NCBI GenBank assembly: GCA_947365805.1
Contig: CANAZY010000001.1
Span: forward strand, 98,842 to 162,841
Length of the DNA: 64,000 nucleotides
Source: an uncultured Clostridium sp.
GTDB taxonomy: Bacteria > Bacillota > Clostridia > TANB77 > CAG-508
Direction: 5' to 3'
A program made the position numbers and the translations under genes. The notes below the pieces were generated by a model. That model did not search any database. It saw only the letters and a program-made list of their open reading frames with translations, and was not told the DNA's origin. Shown piece by piece: positions 1 through 10,076 of the stretch. Each line of letters begins with the position of its first letter. Position 1 is the first letter of the stretch.

Positions 1-3
1 TTT

Positions 4-1287
4 ATGATAATAACTTTTATTTTGCCAATTGTTCCTAGTTTAGGAGTAAGTGCTACTCCAGAAGTAAATGCTCCTGTAGCACTTCTTATGGATATGGGAA
101 CTGGGAAAATTTTATATGAAAAAAATGCAAAACAAAAGATGTACCCTGCAAGTACAACTAAGATGATGACTGCTATTTTGGCTTTGGAAAATCGTTCTTT
201 AACAGATACTGCAACGGTTAGTTATCAAGCTATTTTTACTGTACCTGTTGGTTATAGTAATGCTAATTTACAATTAGATGAAGTTTTAACAATGGAACAA
301 CTTTTACATGTGTTATTAATTCCTTCTGCAAATGATGCAGCAAATGTGATTGCAGAAGATATTGCAGGCTCTGTAGAGAGTTTTTGCAGTATGATGAATA
401 CAAAGGCTAGAGAAATTGGTTGTGAAAATACAAATTTTGTGAATGCAAATGGTGTGCATGATGAAAACCATTATTCTACGGCTTATGATTTGGCTCTAAT
501 TGGTAGATATGCTATGCAAAACGAAACTTTTCGAAAGCTGGTTTCTACGGTTCGTTATACTTTGCCAGTTACTAATAAATATGATAAGGCTGACCGTGTT
601 TTTCTTACTACAAATCGTTTGATTAATCCTAAAAGTGGTCAATATTATGAATCTGCTACTGGAATTAAGACTGGATATACCGATGCTGCTAAAAATTGTA
701 TTGTAGCAGGTGCCAAAAAGGATGATATGGAATTAATTTGCGTTATTATGGGGGCTGGTAGTGATTTAACAACTACTACAAATAAGTTTGATGATTGTAT
801 GACATTATTTGATTATGGGTTTGGAAATTATAAATACGAAACGCTTTGTAAGGCAAATGATGTGTTTAAAGTAATTACTCCACGAAATGCTTCAAAAGAC
901 ACAAAGAATTTAAATGTTTTATATGAAAATAATATAATGGCTCTAATGAAAACAAATGATTCTACTTTGAATATTTCTCCTGAAGTGGAGTTAGATAAAA
1001 AGCTAAAAGCTCCGATTACAAAAGGAAGTGTGATTGGAAAAGTTTCTTATACCATTGATGGTATTAACTATACTACAAATTTAATTGCAGGTCAAGATAT
1101 TTTAGCAAGTTCTATTTTTTCTCTTTTGTTTAAGATTGCTCTTGTTCTTTTGGCATTATATCTTTTAAAGCAAATTTTAAATTTTATAGAAAGAGGAAAT
1201 CGAAAAAAGAAGAAAAAATATGCTAAAACAAAAAAGAGAAATACCAATAAAACTTCTGGTTCTTCTCCTTATCGTTTTGATTATTAA
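4..1287 (+). CDS. D-alanyl-D-alanine carboxypeptidase (serine-type, PBP5/6 family); true 5' end may lie outside the window
   Basis: ORF track; active-site motifs SxxK (ASTTK), SxN (SAND), KTG (KTGYT); C-terminal TM anchor and Lys-rich tail. Confidence 0.85.
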   Translation: MIITFILPIVPSLGVSATPEVNAPVALLMDMGTGKILYEKNAKQKMYPASTTKMMTAILALENRSLTDTATVSYQAIFTVPVGYSNANLQLDEVLTMEQLLHVLLIPSANDAANVIAEDIAGSVESFCSMMNTKAREIGCENTNFVNANGVHDENHYSTAYDLALIGRYAMQNETFRKLVSTVRYTLPVTNKYDKADRVFLTTNRLINPKSGQYYESATGIKTGYTDAAKNCIVAGAKKDDMELICVIMGAGSDLTTTTNKFDDCMTLFDYGFGNYKYETLCKANDVFKVITPRNASKDTKNLNVLYENNIMALMKTNDSTLNISPEVELDKKLKAPITKGSVIGKVSYTIDGINYTTNLIAGQDILASSIFSLLFKIALVLLALYLLKQILNFIERGNRKKKKKYAKTKKRNTNKTSGSSPYRFDY

Positions 1288-1293
1288 AAAAAA

Positions 1294-1319
1294 TTCCCAG
1301 TCGCAATAGCGATTGGGAA
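1294..1319. terminator. Bidirectional rho-independent terminator between convergent genes
   Basis: 11-bp stem TTCCCAGTCGC/GCGATTGGGAA (one G-U), 4-nt loop, A-run upstream and T-run downstream. Confidence 0.75.
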
Positions 1320-1325
1320 CTTTTT

Positions 1326-1640
1326 TTATTTATTTCTTGCATATAATTCTTCTAAATCATAATTTTGTCTTTCTTTTTCGGTAAATATGTGTACAACAAC
1401 ATCTCCATAGTCCATTAATATCCATTCGGTGTTATATCCTTCTATTTTATTAGGATATACGTCTTCTTTTTTTAGTTCTACTTCCACATTATCTGCTAAT
1501 GCTTTAATGTGTGTGTTTGATGTTCCGCTTGCAATGACAAAGTAATCTGCTAGCGTGCTTTGTTCAATGATGTTTAACGTTTTTAAGTCAATTGCCTTTT
1601 TATCTTCTAATAATGTTGTGATTTTTTCTAATAATTCCAT
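1326..1640 (-). CDS. rsfS: Ribosome silencing factor RsfS (iojap family)
   Basis: 104-aa ORF with typical RsfS sequence (ADYFVIASGTSNTHIKAL...WILMDYGDVVVHIF). Confidence 0.9.
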   Translation of the reverse strand: MELLEKITTLLEDKKAIDLKTLNIIEQSTLADYFVIASGTSNTHIKALADNVEVELKKEDVYPNKIEGYNTEWILMDYGDVVVHIFTEKERQNYDLEELYARNK

Positions 1641-1655
1641 ATTGGTTTCTCTCCT

Positions 1656-3044
1656 TTATTGATAGTCTTTCCCTAAAATTATGGTGTAATCTACTTTTGT
1701 GTTGTCTGATTTTGTGGTAATGGTTCCTACTTTCAAAATTTGTTTTAATTCATTTGATATGGTTGTTTTTTGATTGGTTTTATTGATAATGCTTGTCTTA
1801 TCTGTAACAGTAGTATTTCCTGTTTTTACAATATTATAACCTTTGTTTTTTAATAATTTGGTTGCTTTTGAAAGATTCTCTGATTTTCCACTTCCATTTA
1901 ATAGTTCAATTTGAATATCACTTTTGTCTTTATCTTTTGATGTTGTTGTTTGTTTATCTGTTTTGGTATCTCCTATTGTATTGGTATTTTCTTCTGAAGT
2001 TTCTTCTTCTTGCCCAAATAGTTCTTCTACAACTGTTTTAGTTTGTTTTTTATTGACTGTATAGATGGCTACTCGGTTTGCCATTTCTGGTACTCCTGGT
2101 AATACTCCTGTTTTTAAGTTTTCTGTACTAAAACTTACAGCATAAGGAATGTAATCTTTTACGGTATCAAATGTCATGTTGGTATTAATATTATTAAATG
2201 CAATTTCTGCAATTTTTGTTAATTTTAATACGTTTTCTGGTTTTAGTGTTTGTTTCATTACTTCTGTCATAAATTCTCTTTGTGTTCTCATTCTTCCTAT
2301 ATCATTATCTCCATATTCACTAGGATATGAGGTTCCATTATTGTTGTGACGAAATCTTACAAGCCATTCTGCTTGTTGTCCATTTAGCTTTTGGGTTCCT
2401 GCTTTTAAATGAATATGCAAATTTTGTGTTGGGTCATCATAGTCCATATTGATTGGAACATTAAAGGTAACTCCGCCGATTGCATCTACTAATTCTTTTA
2501 GTGCATCTGTATCTACAATAAAATAGTTTGGAATTTCAAGTTCTGTTATCTTTTCAATTGCTTCTATCATACCATCAATATTTTTTCCATTACGATAAAC
2601 CGCATTTATTTTGTAACTTGCAGATGCTTTTGCTTTGTTTGTTCCAACATAGGTATCTCTTGGAATTGATAAAATGGATGCTTTTTGTGTTTTTGGATTA
2701 TATGAACATACCATAATCGTGTCTGCTAATTTATAGTCTTCTTCACATCCACTAATTCCTACTAACAAAAAGTTGATTGGGTCTAAATCTTTTAAGGTGT
2801 TTTCATCATGCCCCATTGCGGCTGCTACAAATCCTTGTAATCCCCATCCGTTTTTTGCTACTTTATAGGTAAAAAGTCCAGCTAATATTAGCATTCCAAT
2901 TATGAATAAAATCATTACTATTTTAAATAGTTTCCATGCTTTGCTTTTCTTTCTTTTTTCTTTTTTTTGTTGCTTTTTTTCTTGCTTTATCTGTTTTTTA
3001 TTTTTCTTTTTTTCTTCTTTTGTTTCTTGTTCTTTCCTTTTCAT
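1656..3044 (-). CDS. LytR-CpsA-Psr (LCP) family cell-envelope phosphotransferase
   Basis: Lys/Glu-rich N-terminus, one TM, LCP core (ADTIMVCSYNP...ILSIPRDTYV), C-terminal LytR_C-like domain. Confidence 0.85.
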   Translation of the reverse strand: MKRKEQETKEEKKKNKKQIKQEKKQQKKEKRKKSKAWKLFKIVMILFIIGMLILAGLFTYKVAKNGWGLQGFVAAAMGHDENTLKDLDPINFLLVGISGCEEDYKLADTIMVCSYNPKTQKASILSIPRDTYVGTNKAKASASYKINAVYRNGKNIDGMIEAIEKITELEIPNYFIVDTDALKELVDAIGGVTFNVPINMDYDDPTQNLHIHLKAGTQKLNGQQAEWLVRFRHNNNGTSYPSEYGDNDIGRMRTQREFMTEVMKQTLKPENVLKLTKIAEIAFNNINTNMTFDTVKDYIPYAVSFSTENLKTGVLPGVPEMANRVAIYTVNKKQTKTVVEELFGQEEETSEENTNTIGDTKTDKQTTTSKDKDKSDIQIELLNGSGKSENLSKATKLLKNKGYNIVKTGNTTVTDKTSIINKTNQKTTISNELKQILKVGTITTKSDNTKVDYTIILGKDYQ

Positions 3045-3115
3045 TTTTTCACTCCCATATTTTGTTTTATGTATGTTTTAGTATAGCAAATATTGGTGTA
3101 ATTATCAACTCCTAT

Positions 3116-3778
3116 CTAGAAAAATATTCTTAAGATTATATTATGATTGTATAAGAATTTTGTAAGAATAGAGTGTTCGATACATTCTAGTAGTATTGTT
3201 TGATTTATCATTGGTAAGATAAAACTTGCAATGGCAAGAAGAACAAATATAAGAATAAGTCCTCTTAGAATACCATATAGGATTCCTCCCATTTCATTAA
3301 ATTGTTTCACAACTGGTAGCTCTGCTACTGCTTCTAATATTACTTTGGCAAATAATAATAGTAGTCTTGTTATTGTAAATATAATTAACATGGTTAGAAT
3401 TTGTATGATACTTTGTGTTAAGTTTTTTGCTATTATTTGCGAAATATTTTCTTGTGCTTGTTTTACGGTAGTTTCAATTCCATCATTAATATAGTTTACA
3501 ACAACTCCTGGTAGGTCTGTCTGGTCTTTATCTATTTTTTCTCCTTCTTCTATTTTGGTTCCTGATAGTTTTTCATAAATCGTATTTTCAATGGTTTCAT
3601 CCCATGTAGTGTGTTCAATGATTATATTTACTACAGGTTTATATAGAATTAGTGTAATGATAATTGCAATAATAAATGATACGATTTTAAAGGCAACTCC
3701 GATGAGTCCTTTTTTATATCCTAAAAATGTGCTTAATAGAATTAATGCAATAACGATGATATCTAAAAAAATTGGCAT
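3116..3778 (-). CDS. cvpA: CvpA family membrane protein
   Basis: Start moved to the internal ATG (MPIFLDIIVIALIL...); multi-TM CvpA-like N-terminus. Confidence 0.75.
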   Translation of the reverse strand: MPIFLDIIVIALILLSTFLGYKKGLIGVAFKIVSFIIAIIITLILYKPVVNIIIEHTTWDETIENTIYEKLSGTKIEEGEKIDKDQTDLPGVVVNYINDGIETTVKQAQENISQIIAKNLTQSIIQILTMLIIFTITRLLLLFAKVILEAVAELPVVKQFNEMGGILYGILRGLILIFVLLAIASFILPMINQTILLECIEHSILTKFLYNHNIILRIFF

Positions 3779-3791
3779 TGTTTTTCTCCTT

Positions 3792-5004
3792 TTATAAATT
3801 GATGATATCGATTTTGTCTTTGTATACAATTCCTGCTATTTTTTCTCCTAATACAATATCTTTTACTTCTTTTTCGGAAGTGTATTTTTTGGTTAGCCAA
3901 CCATTGGTAGTAATAAAATGAATTTCACTTCCTAGGTTTAATGCAATGTGGTCTGCGTGAGTTTTAATATCTTTTACTGTTCCTTCTGCTATATAAATAT
4001 TTTCTTTTTGTGTTGTTGTGTTTTTTAGACTTACTTGTGTATTGCTACTAAAAAGTCCTGTGTTTTTTTCTGTGGTATAGACTGCATAATTGTTTAGTTT
4101 GATACTAGCAAATGTGATTTTGTCACTTGCAAAAGAGATTATTTGTTCATCTTGGTCTTTATATAAGCTTCTAATTTCATTATCGTATATGCTTACCAAA
4201 TAGTTTTTATCTTGATATTCTACGTTTTTAATGAGTTGTCCTGAAGTTACATTATATATATCAATAACTGAATTGGTTGGGTCTTTTTGTGCTTTCTCAA
4301 CTGATATGATTTTAATGCTCGATTGAATTAAAGTTCCTGTTGTGTTGATTTCAGCAACAGCAAGATATTTATTGTCTTGTGATATACTGGTATCAAGTGC
4401 AATTGTGCTAGATAAATAGGTTTTAAATAGTTCTTTTCCTTGTGGGTTATAAGTGGCAATTACGGTTTTATAACTACTTCCTGCTATAATCACAGAAACA
4501 TATCCATTTTTGTTGATGTTTACTTTTTGAATTTGTCCTTCAATTTCTTTTTGCCATATAATATTTCCATCTGCTATTTGGTATAAGTTTTGTCCGTTTT
4601 TTTGTGCTACTACTAAGAATCGATTGTTGGATGCGTATAAGGCATCACTTACGTTAATTTCTAATTCTTGTTCTTTTCTTCCGTGATGAGTTATATAAAT
4701 TTAATTTGTTCTTATTTAAAATGGTAATATATTTATCAAATGCATATATACTTGGATTTTCTTCTTCACGAATATCGATACTCGTTGCTTTATTTTCCGT
4801 AATTTCTTTTCTTAGGATGTAACGGTCAAAAAAAGTTCTGAAATTTCTGTTTCCAATATAAAACCCGATTAATGTTACAATGAATACCACTACAATTATC
4901 CCAATAATTAGCATCATTTTTTTCTTTTTTTCTTTTTCTAAATTAAGCTCCATTTTTTCCCCTTTCATTACTTCTTTTATATCAGTTTTTATGCTTTTTT
5001 TCAA
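3792..5004 (-). CDS. Membrane-anchored repeat protein (DUF5711-like). ORFs 4654..5004 and 3792..4493 are joined by a +1 shift at CGG 4681..4683
   Basis: Skipping the C of TCA CGG AAG gives an uninterrupted read (..SSGRKEQELEINVSDALYASNN..VIIAGSSYKT..) into the downstream ORF; merged length = 1 mod 3. Confidence 0.6.
4680..4683 (-). other. Candidate recoding site CGGA (TCA CGG AAG read as TCA [C] GGA AGA)
   Basis: In-frame CGG at the junction of two ORFs of one gene; the 0 frame stops 9 codons later. Confidence 0.6.
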
Positions 5005-5012
5005 GCTGTTTT

Positions 5013-6024
5013 TTATGTCTTTTTTAAGATTAGTATCATTTGTATTAATCCTAATATTCCAAAGATAGGATATAAGAGGTTAATTAGTGTTGAAAATCCG
5101 ATATTGGAAATAAAAAATGCAATGATGCACATGATGATACTATTTGTTTTATATTGGTTTGGATTGGTTTGGTATTTTTCTAAAAATGCGTATCCTGCTG
5201 ACACTGCTGAAGTATAAATGGATACTAAGATAATAATTCCATACATCATTTTATAACTTTTTTGCATCATTCCTGCTACATATACTGTTGGTAGTTCTAG
5301 TTGATTAATGTCTATATCTACTTTTAGTAGTAATCCAAAAATAGCTACGGCAAGAAGAGTTAAAATAATCATGCAAAAAATCGATACTGCCATAAAATGT
5401 GATTTTTGTTTTAATTTTTTTTGTAATGGTAGTAAAATCGGAATGAGTAGAATGCTATTATAACTTGTATAAAGAATAGCATCCCATATTGCTTTTAGAA
5501 TCGAGGTCTCTTTTGTTGGCTGTTGTATGTATGAAAATACTTCTATGTTTTTTACGGTTAATAACAATATAGATGAAATTAGTATTGGGACTAATATGGT
5601 GTTAATTTTCATGAGTCCTTCGATGTTCCCCATTAGAATAATATAGCATAATATTACAATAATAGTAGTTCCTATATAAGTTGGTAATCCCCATTCTTGT
5701 GAAAAATAGGCACTAAATCCTGCTACCATAATATAAAATGAGATTAATAAAAATATTTGAATTACCATTTGTATGATGTTTTGTATGTTTTTGTTTAGGT
5801 GGAAAGAATGAATTAGTTGCTCATAATTTTGAATGTTTTTTTTCTTTGCTATCACAAATACTTTATATATAAGCATTCCCATTAGAATAGAGGATATCAA
5901 AATTCCTATGATTCCATATGTATGATATTGCCCAAAAAATAAATAGATTTCTTTTCCGTGACGCGAATCCTGCGCCAATAATGGTTCCTATAATGACAAA
6001 AATGACGTTTCGTATTTGTTTCAT
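5013..6024 (-). CDS. YkvI family membrane protein; N-terminal 22 codons joined to ORF 5013..5978 by a +1 shift at CGG 5956..5958
   Basis: ATG at 6024 with a GGGAGG RBS. MKQIRNVIFVIIGTIIGAGFAS then [C]GGA AAA GAA restores the family motif GAGFASGKEI. Confidence 0.7.
5955..5958 (-). other. Candidate recoding site CGGA (TCA CGG AAA read as TCA [C] GGA AAA)
   Basis: In-frame CGG; the +1 frame restores the conserved Gly of the GAGFASG motif. Confidence 0.65.
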
Positions 6025-6069
6025 AAAAAACCTCCCATATGTTATTTTATGAGAGGTTTTTGGTTTTTA

Positions 6070-7534
6070 TTATTTTTTCTTTTTACGAACCATCCATACA
6101 ATAATTCCTATTATAATAATACAAATCGGAAATATGGTAATGGCAATTCGTATCATTTTGTCTTGTGCTTCGGTTGCAGTATAGGTAACAACTCCTGTGT
6201 CTTTTCGAATGGATATTGCGTTTTCATTTTCGGTTAATTCTGCAATGGTGTTTAAAATATAATCTTTGTTGTTATAAAAGGTAATTGGTGGTACTTTTGT
6301 ATTTCCAATGGTTACTTCATAATCTGCTATAAAAAAGTTATTTGAAATCGCATATAAGGTTGCTTGTTTTTTATTTTGTTCTTCTTCTTGACTTTGTATT
6401 GTTTTAGTTAATTTTACTCCTAATAAGAAACTTCCTTCTTCATCGGATTCTATTTTTGAGGAAGATGTGTTTGAAACTTCGGTTCGAAATAGTGCTGTAT
6501 CGGAAGTTGTTAGTATGACTTGTGGTGTGACTTGTAATTTTTCTAGCTCTTCATCGGTTCCTAATTTTATTTTTGTTGCGTTTACAAATAGAATGCCTCC
6601 GTCGGTTGCAATGTCTTTTGTGGCATTGGTTGTAGCAATATCTGGTATGATATAGTTTGGAGATTGTAATGCCATTTTGTTTTCATCTTGTTCTAATATA
6701 ATTCCATCTTGAAAGGTAACGCCAAATTGGTTTAGTATTTTTTGCATATTTGGAAAGTTTTCTTTGGTAAGAAGTGGGTCATTTAGCCATAATATCTTTC
6801 CGCCTTGGTTAATATAGTTTATCATGTTTTCTACTTCTTGTTCCATAAAATCTTTCCCTGGGCTCCCTATTACTACTAGGTTAGCATCTTCTGGAACCTT
6901 TCCTGTTACTAATAAATCAAGTGTCGCAATGTCATTTACTTCGTTTATTAAATATGCTTTTAACATGCTAAGTTCACTATTTAGGTTGTATTCATTATGC
7001 CCTGTTAAGAAATAAATTTTGGATCTTTCTTCTTTGGTTAAATCCACGATTGCATTGGTTATTTTTTCTTCTGATATATCAATTTGTTGATAGGTTGTAT
7101 AGTCATAGGTATATAATTCATCTGCCGTTAGTATCTTGCTATTTTCATTGGTTTTTATAATTATGATTTGTGTTTCATCGGTTAAGTTGTATGTTGCTTT
7201 TAAGTCTGCTCTTTGGTTGATATCTTCTGTAATTTCTATTGTTATGTTTTCATTTGCTTTTGTATATTGTTTGGCAAGGTCTACTAAGGATATATTCTCA
7301 TTAAATCCAACAAAATGAATGGTCACTTCTTTGTGTATATCTTGTACTTGTTTTTTGGACGCTTCTGATAGTGTAAATAGTTGATTTCCGTGTTACATCA
7401 ATATCTGATATGTCTAGTTTTTGAATAAAAATATTGATACTAATAAATATAGCAAAAAGAATTACAATAAGAGTAACCGTTTTTGTGGTATCTTTTAGCC
7501 ATTTTTTTTGAATCATTTCGATTAATTTTTTCAC
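6070..7534 (-). CDS. GldG-like auxiliary component of an ABC-type transport system. ORFs 7301..7534 and 6070..7326 are joined by a +1 shift at CGG 7388..7390
   Basis: N-terminal TM then ..DISDIDVT[G]NQLFTLSEASKKQVQDIHKEVTIHFVGFNE.. after skipping the C; C-terminal TM; downstream of the ABC-2 permease and ATPase. Confidence 0.7.
7387..7390 (-). other. Candidate recoding site CGGA (ACA CGG AAA read as ACA [C] GGA AAT)
   Basis: In-frame CGG at the junction of two ORFs of one gene. Confidence 0.6.
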
Positions 7535-7549
7535 TTTTCTTACTCCTTT

Positions 7550-8230
7550 CTATTTTATACTTTTTCTTCTTTGTAATACAATAATGGTAAGTATCGTAAA
7601 AAAGATGGTAAAAGTAATATATGTTGCAATTTCTTGGATGGCAATTAATCCAGATGGAAATTTATCAAACATATTGATTAACGAAAGTGGAGTAAGTATT
7701 TCATTAAAGTTTGGTAAAAACCATGTGATGATAAAAAAGCCAATGGTGATAACTCCCGCTATAATTTGGTTCTCGGTTATACTAGATGCAAACATTCCAA
7801 ATGATATGTATGCCATACTTAGCATAAAAAAGCCAAGTAGGGTTACCATTACTGTTTGAATATGAGGTGTCCCAAAACAGTAAAGAATTGCTAAATAGAA
7901 TAAGGTGCAAATTTCTGTAATGATAATCACAATCATACTAGCAAAAAATTTTCCAAGTACAATACTTGTGATACTTCTTGGAGAAGTATATAATAACATT
8001 TCTGTTCCGTTTTTTCGTTCTTCTGCAAACATTCTCATAGTTAAAATTGGTACAATAAAGGTTAAAATGGTAGAAGCAGAATAAAACATGTTTTCAAATT
8101 GTAGACTTCCATAATAGGCAACGTCTAGATAGAAAAATACACTACACATTGCTAGAAATAGTCCTATAAATACATATCCTATTGGTGATAGAAAATAGGT
8201 TTTCACTTCTTTTTTTATAATTGCCCACAT
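7550..8230 (-). CDS. ABC-2 type transporter permease (GldF-like)
   Basis: Six-TM ORF; its start overlaps the stop of the upstream ATPase gene. Confidence 0.8.
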   Translation of the reverse strand: MWAIIKKEVKTYFLSPIGYVFIGLFLAMCSVFFYLDVAYYGSLQFENMFYSASTILTFIVPILTMRMFAEERKNGTEMLLYTSPRSITSIVLGKFFASMIVIIITEICTLFYLAILYCFGTPHIQTVMVTLLGFFMLSMAYISFGMFASSITENQIIAGVITIGFFIITWFLPNFNEILTPLSLINMFDKFPSGLIAIQEIATYITFTIFFTILTIIVLQRRKSIK

Positions 8231-9183
8231 TAGTTTTCTCCCTCCTCATCTTGTTTTTGGATTAATTCCATAAAGGCATCCTCTAAGGTTGCTTCTGGTT
8301 TTTTTAGTTCAAAAATTGTTATTTCTTCTTTGGCACATTTTGCGAATAATTCTTTCCTAATGTCTATGTTTTGTTCTGAACGTATTGTATATTCTTTTGT
8401 TCCATCTTCATTATTTTGTATAAAATTAATTTGTTTAATTCCTTTAATGTTTTTTGCGATTTTATGTATTTTGTCTTGTTTATCTTCTATGATAAGTTTT
8501 ATTTGATTTTCCTGTTTTACTTTATTTTCTAAATTCTGTGGTGTATCAATTGCAATAATTTTCCCTTGATTGATAATAATTACTTTTTGGCATATTTGGC
8601 TTACTTCTGATAATATATGGGAACTTAAAATAATGGTATGTTTTTTTCCTAAAGATTTAATTAATTCTCTTATTTGAGTAATTTGTTTTGGATCTAATCC
8701 TACTGTTGGTTCATCTAATATTAGTAGCTTCGGATTTGATACCAATGCTCCTGCTAAGCTAACTCGTTGTTTATATCCTCTTGATAAATTTTTAATTAAT
8801 TTATTTTGTACTTCTCCTAAATTTGTTTGATTCATCACGTCTTGAATTCTGTTCTTTTTTTCTGTTTTTGGTACTCTTTTTAAATCTGCCATATAACTTA
8901 TAAATTCTTTTACCGTTAAATCAGAATAAAGTGGGATTCCTTCTGGCATATAACCAATTTGTTCTTTTGCTTTTTGGGCCTTTTTTACAATATCATATCC
9001 ACCTATTATAATTTCTCCTTCTGTTGGTTCAATAAATCCTGTCATCATATTCATTGTGGTACTTTTTCCTGCACCATTTGGACCTAACAGACCTATAATT
9101 TCTCCTTTTTTTATTGAAAAACTAATATCCTCTACTGCAATAAAATCCCCATACTTTTTCGTCACATTTTTTACTTCTATCAA
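8230..9183 (-). CDS. ABC transporter ATP-binding protein (GldA-like)
   Basis: Walker A GPNGAGKST, signature LSRGYKQR, Walker B LLILDEP. Confidence 0.9.
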   Translation of the reverse strand: MIEVKNVTKKYGDFIAVEDISFSIKKGEIIGLLGPNGAGKSTTMNMMTGFIEPTEGEIIIGGYDIVKKAQKAKEQIGYMPEGIPLYSDLTVKEFISYMADLKRVPKTEKKNRIQDVMNQTNLGEVQNKLIKNLSRGYKQRVSLAGALVSNPKLLILDEPTVGLDPKQITQIRELIKSLGKKHTIILSSHILSEVSQICQKVIIINQGKIIAIDTPQNLENKVKQENQIKLIIEDKQDKIHKIAKNIKGIKQINFIQNNEDGTKEYTIRSEQNIDIRKELFAKCAKEEITIFELKKPEATLEDAFMELIQKQDEEGEN

Positions 9184-9400
9184 ATTTTCCTTCCTCCTTC
9201 AAAAACGAAGCTCTTGTACTCTTCACCCTTCGCTTTTCACTTTTTACGATATTATCACGTCTATTTTACAAATTCAACATTTCTTCCCCAGTTCACAGAA
9301 AATTTACAATTCTTACGGCTGTATAATTTTGCCGTTTTTTGTAAGTGTCATATTTTTTGTTTTTTAGAATACTTATAGGGTACATGTTAGGAGTGTTTTT

Positions 9401-10021
9401 ATGGATTCTTTATACCCTTTTTTAATTGCATTTTCTCTTATTTTCCTATCCGAATTGGGAGATAAAACGCAATTATTAGTCTTATCTTTTTCTTCTAAGT
9501 TAAAAGGCTATACTATTTTACTTGGTGTTGCACTAGGTTCTTTTTTTAGCCATGGTATTGCCATTTTATTTGGTAGCACACTTGGTAGTTTAGAAAATCC
9601 TCTTATTCACACAATGTTACGATTTTTAACTTATCTTTCTTTTATCTTTTTTGGTATGATTACGATTTTACAAAAAGAAGATAGTGATTCTACTTCTTCT
9701 ACAAAGAATGGCTTTTTACATAAACTTTCTCATTTATCAATTGGCTACATTCTAATGATTGCTTTTAGTATTGCTATTGGTGAATTAGGAGATAAGACGT
9801 TCTTGGCTTCTCTTGGACTTGGTATTAGTTATCCTTATGCTAAATTTTTATTAATCCTTGGAGCAATTTTAGGAATGGTTGTAAGTGATAGCATTGCTAT
9901 TTTATTTGGAAAATTGTTAACTCATAAAATTTCAGAAAAAACAATGAATATATTATCTGGCGTTTTGTTTTTAATTTTTGGTATGATTGGGTTTATTTCT
10001 TTTTTTGCACAGATTTTTTAA
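9401..10021 (+). CDS. UPF0016 (GDT1/TMEM165) family cation (Mn/Ca) transporter
   Basis: Two copies of the E-x-G-D-K-T motif (SELGDKTQLL, GELGDKTFLA) in a 6-TM protein. Confidence 0.85.
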   Translation: MDSLYPFLIAFSLIFLSELGDKTQLLVLSFSSKLKGYTILLGVALGSFFSHGIAILFGSTLGSLENPLIHTMLRFLTYLSFIFFGMITILQKEDSDSTSSTKNGFLHKLSHLSIGYILMIAFSIAIGELGDKTFLASLGLGISYPYAKFLLILGAILGMVVSDSIAILFGKLLTHKISEKTMNILSGVLFLIFGMIGFISFFAQIF

Positions 10022-10062
10022 CCAAAAGCACCCTATCATTATTGATGATAGGGTGCTTTTGG
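10022..10062. terminator. Strong bidirectional terminator
   Basis: 18-bp perfect stem CCAAAAGCACCCTATCAT/ATGATAGGGTGCTTTTGG with a 5-nt loop. Confidence 0.85.
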
Positions 10063-10076
10063 TTTGTTATGACAAG

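Noticed and set aside
9184-9400. A manganese (yybP-ykoY) riboswitch in the leader of the UPF0016 transporter gene
   Set aside because: I looked for the conserved GGGGAGUAG/GAGACC-type cores and did not find them. Only a weak 5-bp hairpin plus T-run (about 9315-9340) is present.
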